In this document: one piece after another, positions 61,793-64,000 of the stretch
Numbering within the stretch: position 1 is the stretch's first letter
Layout of the letters: each line of letters starts with the position of its first letter
Assembly (NCBI GenBank): GCA_043827405.1
Contig: JBDRPD010000068.1
Location: forward strand, 1 to 64,000
Direction of reading: 5' to 3'
From: Elusimicrobiota bacterium
GTDB lineage: Bacteria > Elusimicrobiota > Elusimicrobia > UBA1565
Length of the DNA: 64,000 bases
Notes under the pieces: generated by a model
Told to the model about the DNA's origin: nothing
Seen by the model: the letters and a program-made list of their open reading frames with translations, nothing else
Databases searched by the model: none
Translations under genes and position numbers: made by a program

Positions 61793-63702
61793 GGATCGCC
61801 GCCGGCGTATTCACCGCGCTCGTTATCGGCCGCAATATGGGGGCCTGGCTCTACGCCGCGCGGGCGCTGGACGCGCGCTCCGTCGGCATGATCCTGTTTC
61901 ACGCCGTTCTCCCCGTCGCCTCCCTGATCTGCGCGGCGACGGTGCTGTGGGGCGCGGGGCGGCGCCTGCTGCGTCTCTTCGGTCTGGAAATGAACGAGTC
62001 GGTAGAGCAGATTACGTCTTTCTCCCTGGGCCTCGGCCTGACGGGTACGGCGCTGCTGCTGCTGGGGCTGGCGGGGGGGCTCAATATTTGGGGCATCCTG
62101 TGTTTGACGGCGGCCGCGGCTGGCTATGCGCTGCCGGAGCTGTGCCGAACGTTCGATATGGATATCCCGGCGCCGCCGAAGCTCAACTGGTGGCGGGGGG
62201 TTCTTCTGGGGCTCATGGGCTATGCCTTGTGGCATGCGGCGGTCGCCGCCCTGGCGCCGCCGGCCGGCTGGGACGTTACCGCGTACCACCTCGCGCTGCC
62301 CAAGCTGTACCTGCGCGCGGGAGCCGTGCGCGAGATCCCCTGGCTGCTGCACAGCCATTGGCCGCACTTGATGGAGCTGCTCTACACCTTCGCGCTGGCG
62401 GTGGGGATGGATCAGGCCGCGGCGCTGCTGCATGCGGCCGTCTGCGCCGCGCTGGTGCTGGCGGTGGCCGCCGCCGCGCGCACGGAGTTCGACTCCGCGA
62501 CCGCCTGGTTCGCGGCGGCGCTCATCGCCTGCCAGCTGGTGCTCCTGCGCATCGCGCCGATGGCGCACAGCGACGGCGCCTATGCCCTGTTCGCTTTTCT
62601 CTCGTCGTGGACCGTGTGGCGCTGGACGCGCGAGCGGACCCGGGCCCTGCTGGTGCTGGGGGGCCTGCTGGGAGGCTTTTCGGCCGCGGCCAAGCTGCTG
62701 GGCGTCTATCCCACTCTCATCAACGCCGCCTGGATCGCGGTGCATGTGCGCAAGGAGCGCCAGGGCGGGCGGGCGGCGCCGCTGATCTACCTCGCCTGCG
62801 TGCTCGCCGTGATGGCGCCGTGGCTGCTCAAGACCTGGATCGGCGCGGGCAACCCGCTATGGCCGTTCTTCTCCGAGATGCTGGGCGGACGCTTCGGCGC
62901 GGAGGCGATCGAGGCCGCCTACCTGAGCAGCAACTACTGGACTTGGCCGCCGGACTCGGTGCAGATCCTGCGCTACGGTCCGCAGTTCCTGCTGGTGCCG
63001 GCGGCGCTGCTGGCGGCGGCCGCCAGCCTGCGAGGGCATGCGCTGCCGCCGTTTGTCCGCTTCCTGCTGATTCAGGCGCTGATGTTCGTGCCTTTGGTTT
63101 TTCGCCACAATGAGGGCTGGCGCTTCTTTCTGCCCTTCTATCCGGCCCTGGCGGTGACTGCCGGCTGGGCCGCGGCGCGCCTGATCAAGGGCCGCGCCGC
63201 CGTATGCGCCGGGGCGGCGCTGGCGCTGGCTTTCGGCCTGCTGCCGGTCCTGACCGCGACCCAGAACAATGAGCTGTTCGCCGTGCTCGGCCTGCGCTCA
63301 CAGGTGCAGCCCGGGCGCGACCCGCGGGAGCTCTATCTGGAGCGTCGGCTCGACCACTATAGCTTCTATCTTGAGGTTAACAAGCTCCTGCCGCCCCGCG
63401 CCAAGGTGCTGCTGTTTCGCGAGATCCGCGGCTATTATCTGGACCTGGATTATATGTGGGGGGACCCTCTCAACCAGGGGCAGATCGCCTACGCCGACCT
63501 CGACGGGCCGGACCAGCTCTATGCCCGTCTGCGCGAGCTGGGGGTCACGCATATCCTGGTCAATAAAGGCCTCGCTATGTACGCGCCGCGCGACGGCTAC
63601 TATGATCCGAAGACCGTGCTCATGATGGAGCGTACGCTCAGCCGCTTCAGCCGCCGCATGCTGGCGCGCCAGCCGCTGGAGCTCTACCGGCTCGACCTCT
63701 GA
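61789..63702 (+). CDS. GT-C fold membrane glycosyltransferase-like protein
   Basis: WDVTAYHLALPK, HWP..ME.LY, GNPLWPF, RFFLP; many TMs; ATGA overlap with the upstream gene. Confidence 0.8.
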   Translation: MRIAAGVFTALVIGRNMGAWLYAARALDARSVGMILFHAVLPVASLICAATVLWGAGRRLLRLFGLEMNESVEQITSFSLGLGLTGTALLLLGLAGGLNIWGILCLTAAAAGYALPELCRTFDMDIPAPPKLNWWRGVLLGLMGYALWHAAVAALAPPAGWDVTAYHLALPKLYLRAGAVREIPWLLHSHWPHLMELLYTFALAVGMDQAAALLHAAVCAALVLAVAAAARTEFDSATAWFAAALIACQLVLLRIAPMAHSDGAYALFAFLSSWTVWRWTRERTRALLVLGGLLGGFSAAAKLLGVYPTLINAAWIAVHVRKERQGGRAAPLIYLACVLAVMAPWLLKTWIGAGNPLWPFFSEMLGGRFGAEAIEAAYLSSNYWTWPPDSVQILRYGPQFLLVPAALLAAAASLRGHALPPFVRFLLIQALMFVPLVFRHNEGWRFFLPFYPALAVTAGWAAARLIKGRAAVCAGAALALAFGLLPVLTATQNNELFAVLGLRSQVQPGRDPRELYLERRLDHYSFYLEVNKLLPPRAKVLLFREIRGYYLDLDYMWGDPLNQGQIAYADLDGPDQLYARLRELGVTHILVNKGLAMYAPRDGYYDPKTVLMMERTLSRFSRRMLARQPLELYRLDL

Positions 63703-63754
63703 AGCTCTTTCCCGGATTTGTTACATTAACCGCAGTGCCGGACAGGAGGAAGGA

Positions 63755-64000
63755 ATGATTTTGACCAATATCGAGTCGGTGCCGGGAAAGCAGATCCTCG
63801 AGAGCTACGGGCTGGTCTCGGGCAGCACCATCCGGGCCAAGCACCTGGGCAGCGATTTCATGGCGGGCCTCAAGAACCTCGTGGGCGGCGAGCTTTCGGG
63901 CTATACCGAGCTGCTGATCGAGTCGCGCGACGAAGCGACCCAGCGCATGATCGCCCAGGCCGAGGAGCTCGGCGGCAACGCCATTATCAATGTCCGCTAT
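63755..64000 (+). CDS. ybjQ: YbjQ/UPF0145 family protein (3' truncated by the window)
   Basis: AGGAGG RBS; MILTNIESVPGK..GLVSGSTIRAKHLG.DFMAGLKNLVGGEL.GYTELL.ESR.EA..RM. Confidence 0.9.
   Translation, partial: MILTNIESVPGKQILESYGLVSGSTIRAKHLGSDFMAGLKNLVGGELSGYTELLIESRDEATQRMIAQAEELGGNAIINVRY

Overview
GC-rich bacterial DNA from a diderm. The giant Ser/Thr-rich FN3 protein, TPR-TM-kinase and several GT-C genes suggest Elusimicrobiota, which is inference only. 1-23557 is one giant ORF (>7,800 aa, open at the left edge). It joins a TMTC/DUF1736-type membrane glycosyltransferase and TPRs to a large extracellular module: Kelch, FG-GAP and other beta-propellers, three G8/beta-helix units, about 20 FN3 domains and an FlgD-Ig/T9SS-like C-terminal domain. 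Downstream on the same strand are a CARDB/PrcB-C protein, a FecR-domain protein and an outer-membrane barrel. Converging on these is a compact operon encoding a FliF-like/FliG fusion, MotA, two different MotBs and an exported TPR protein, with no other flagellar gene in the window. This candidate minimal, non-flagellar rotary motor is the top finding. The rest of the window holds an LtaS-GDPD fusion, three more GT-C glycosyltransferases, a fumarylacetoacetate hydrolase (FAH) family gene, a lytic transglycosylase, a RAPP-type leader ORF before cusCBA, a receptor-like Ser/Thr kinase, a CBS protein and an octaheme HAO-like cytochrome. It also holds a GH161-like phosphorylase, a cystatin lipoprotein, a mutL remnant, an ECF sigma/anti-sigma cassette bracketed by a repeated palindromic element, a HEAT/HD-GYP pair and a truncated ybjQ. 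I saw no rRNA, tRNA, CRISPR array or transposase. All family calls are by-eye motif recognition; no searches were run.
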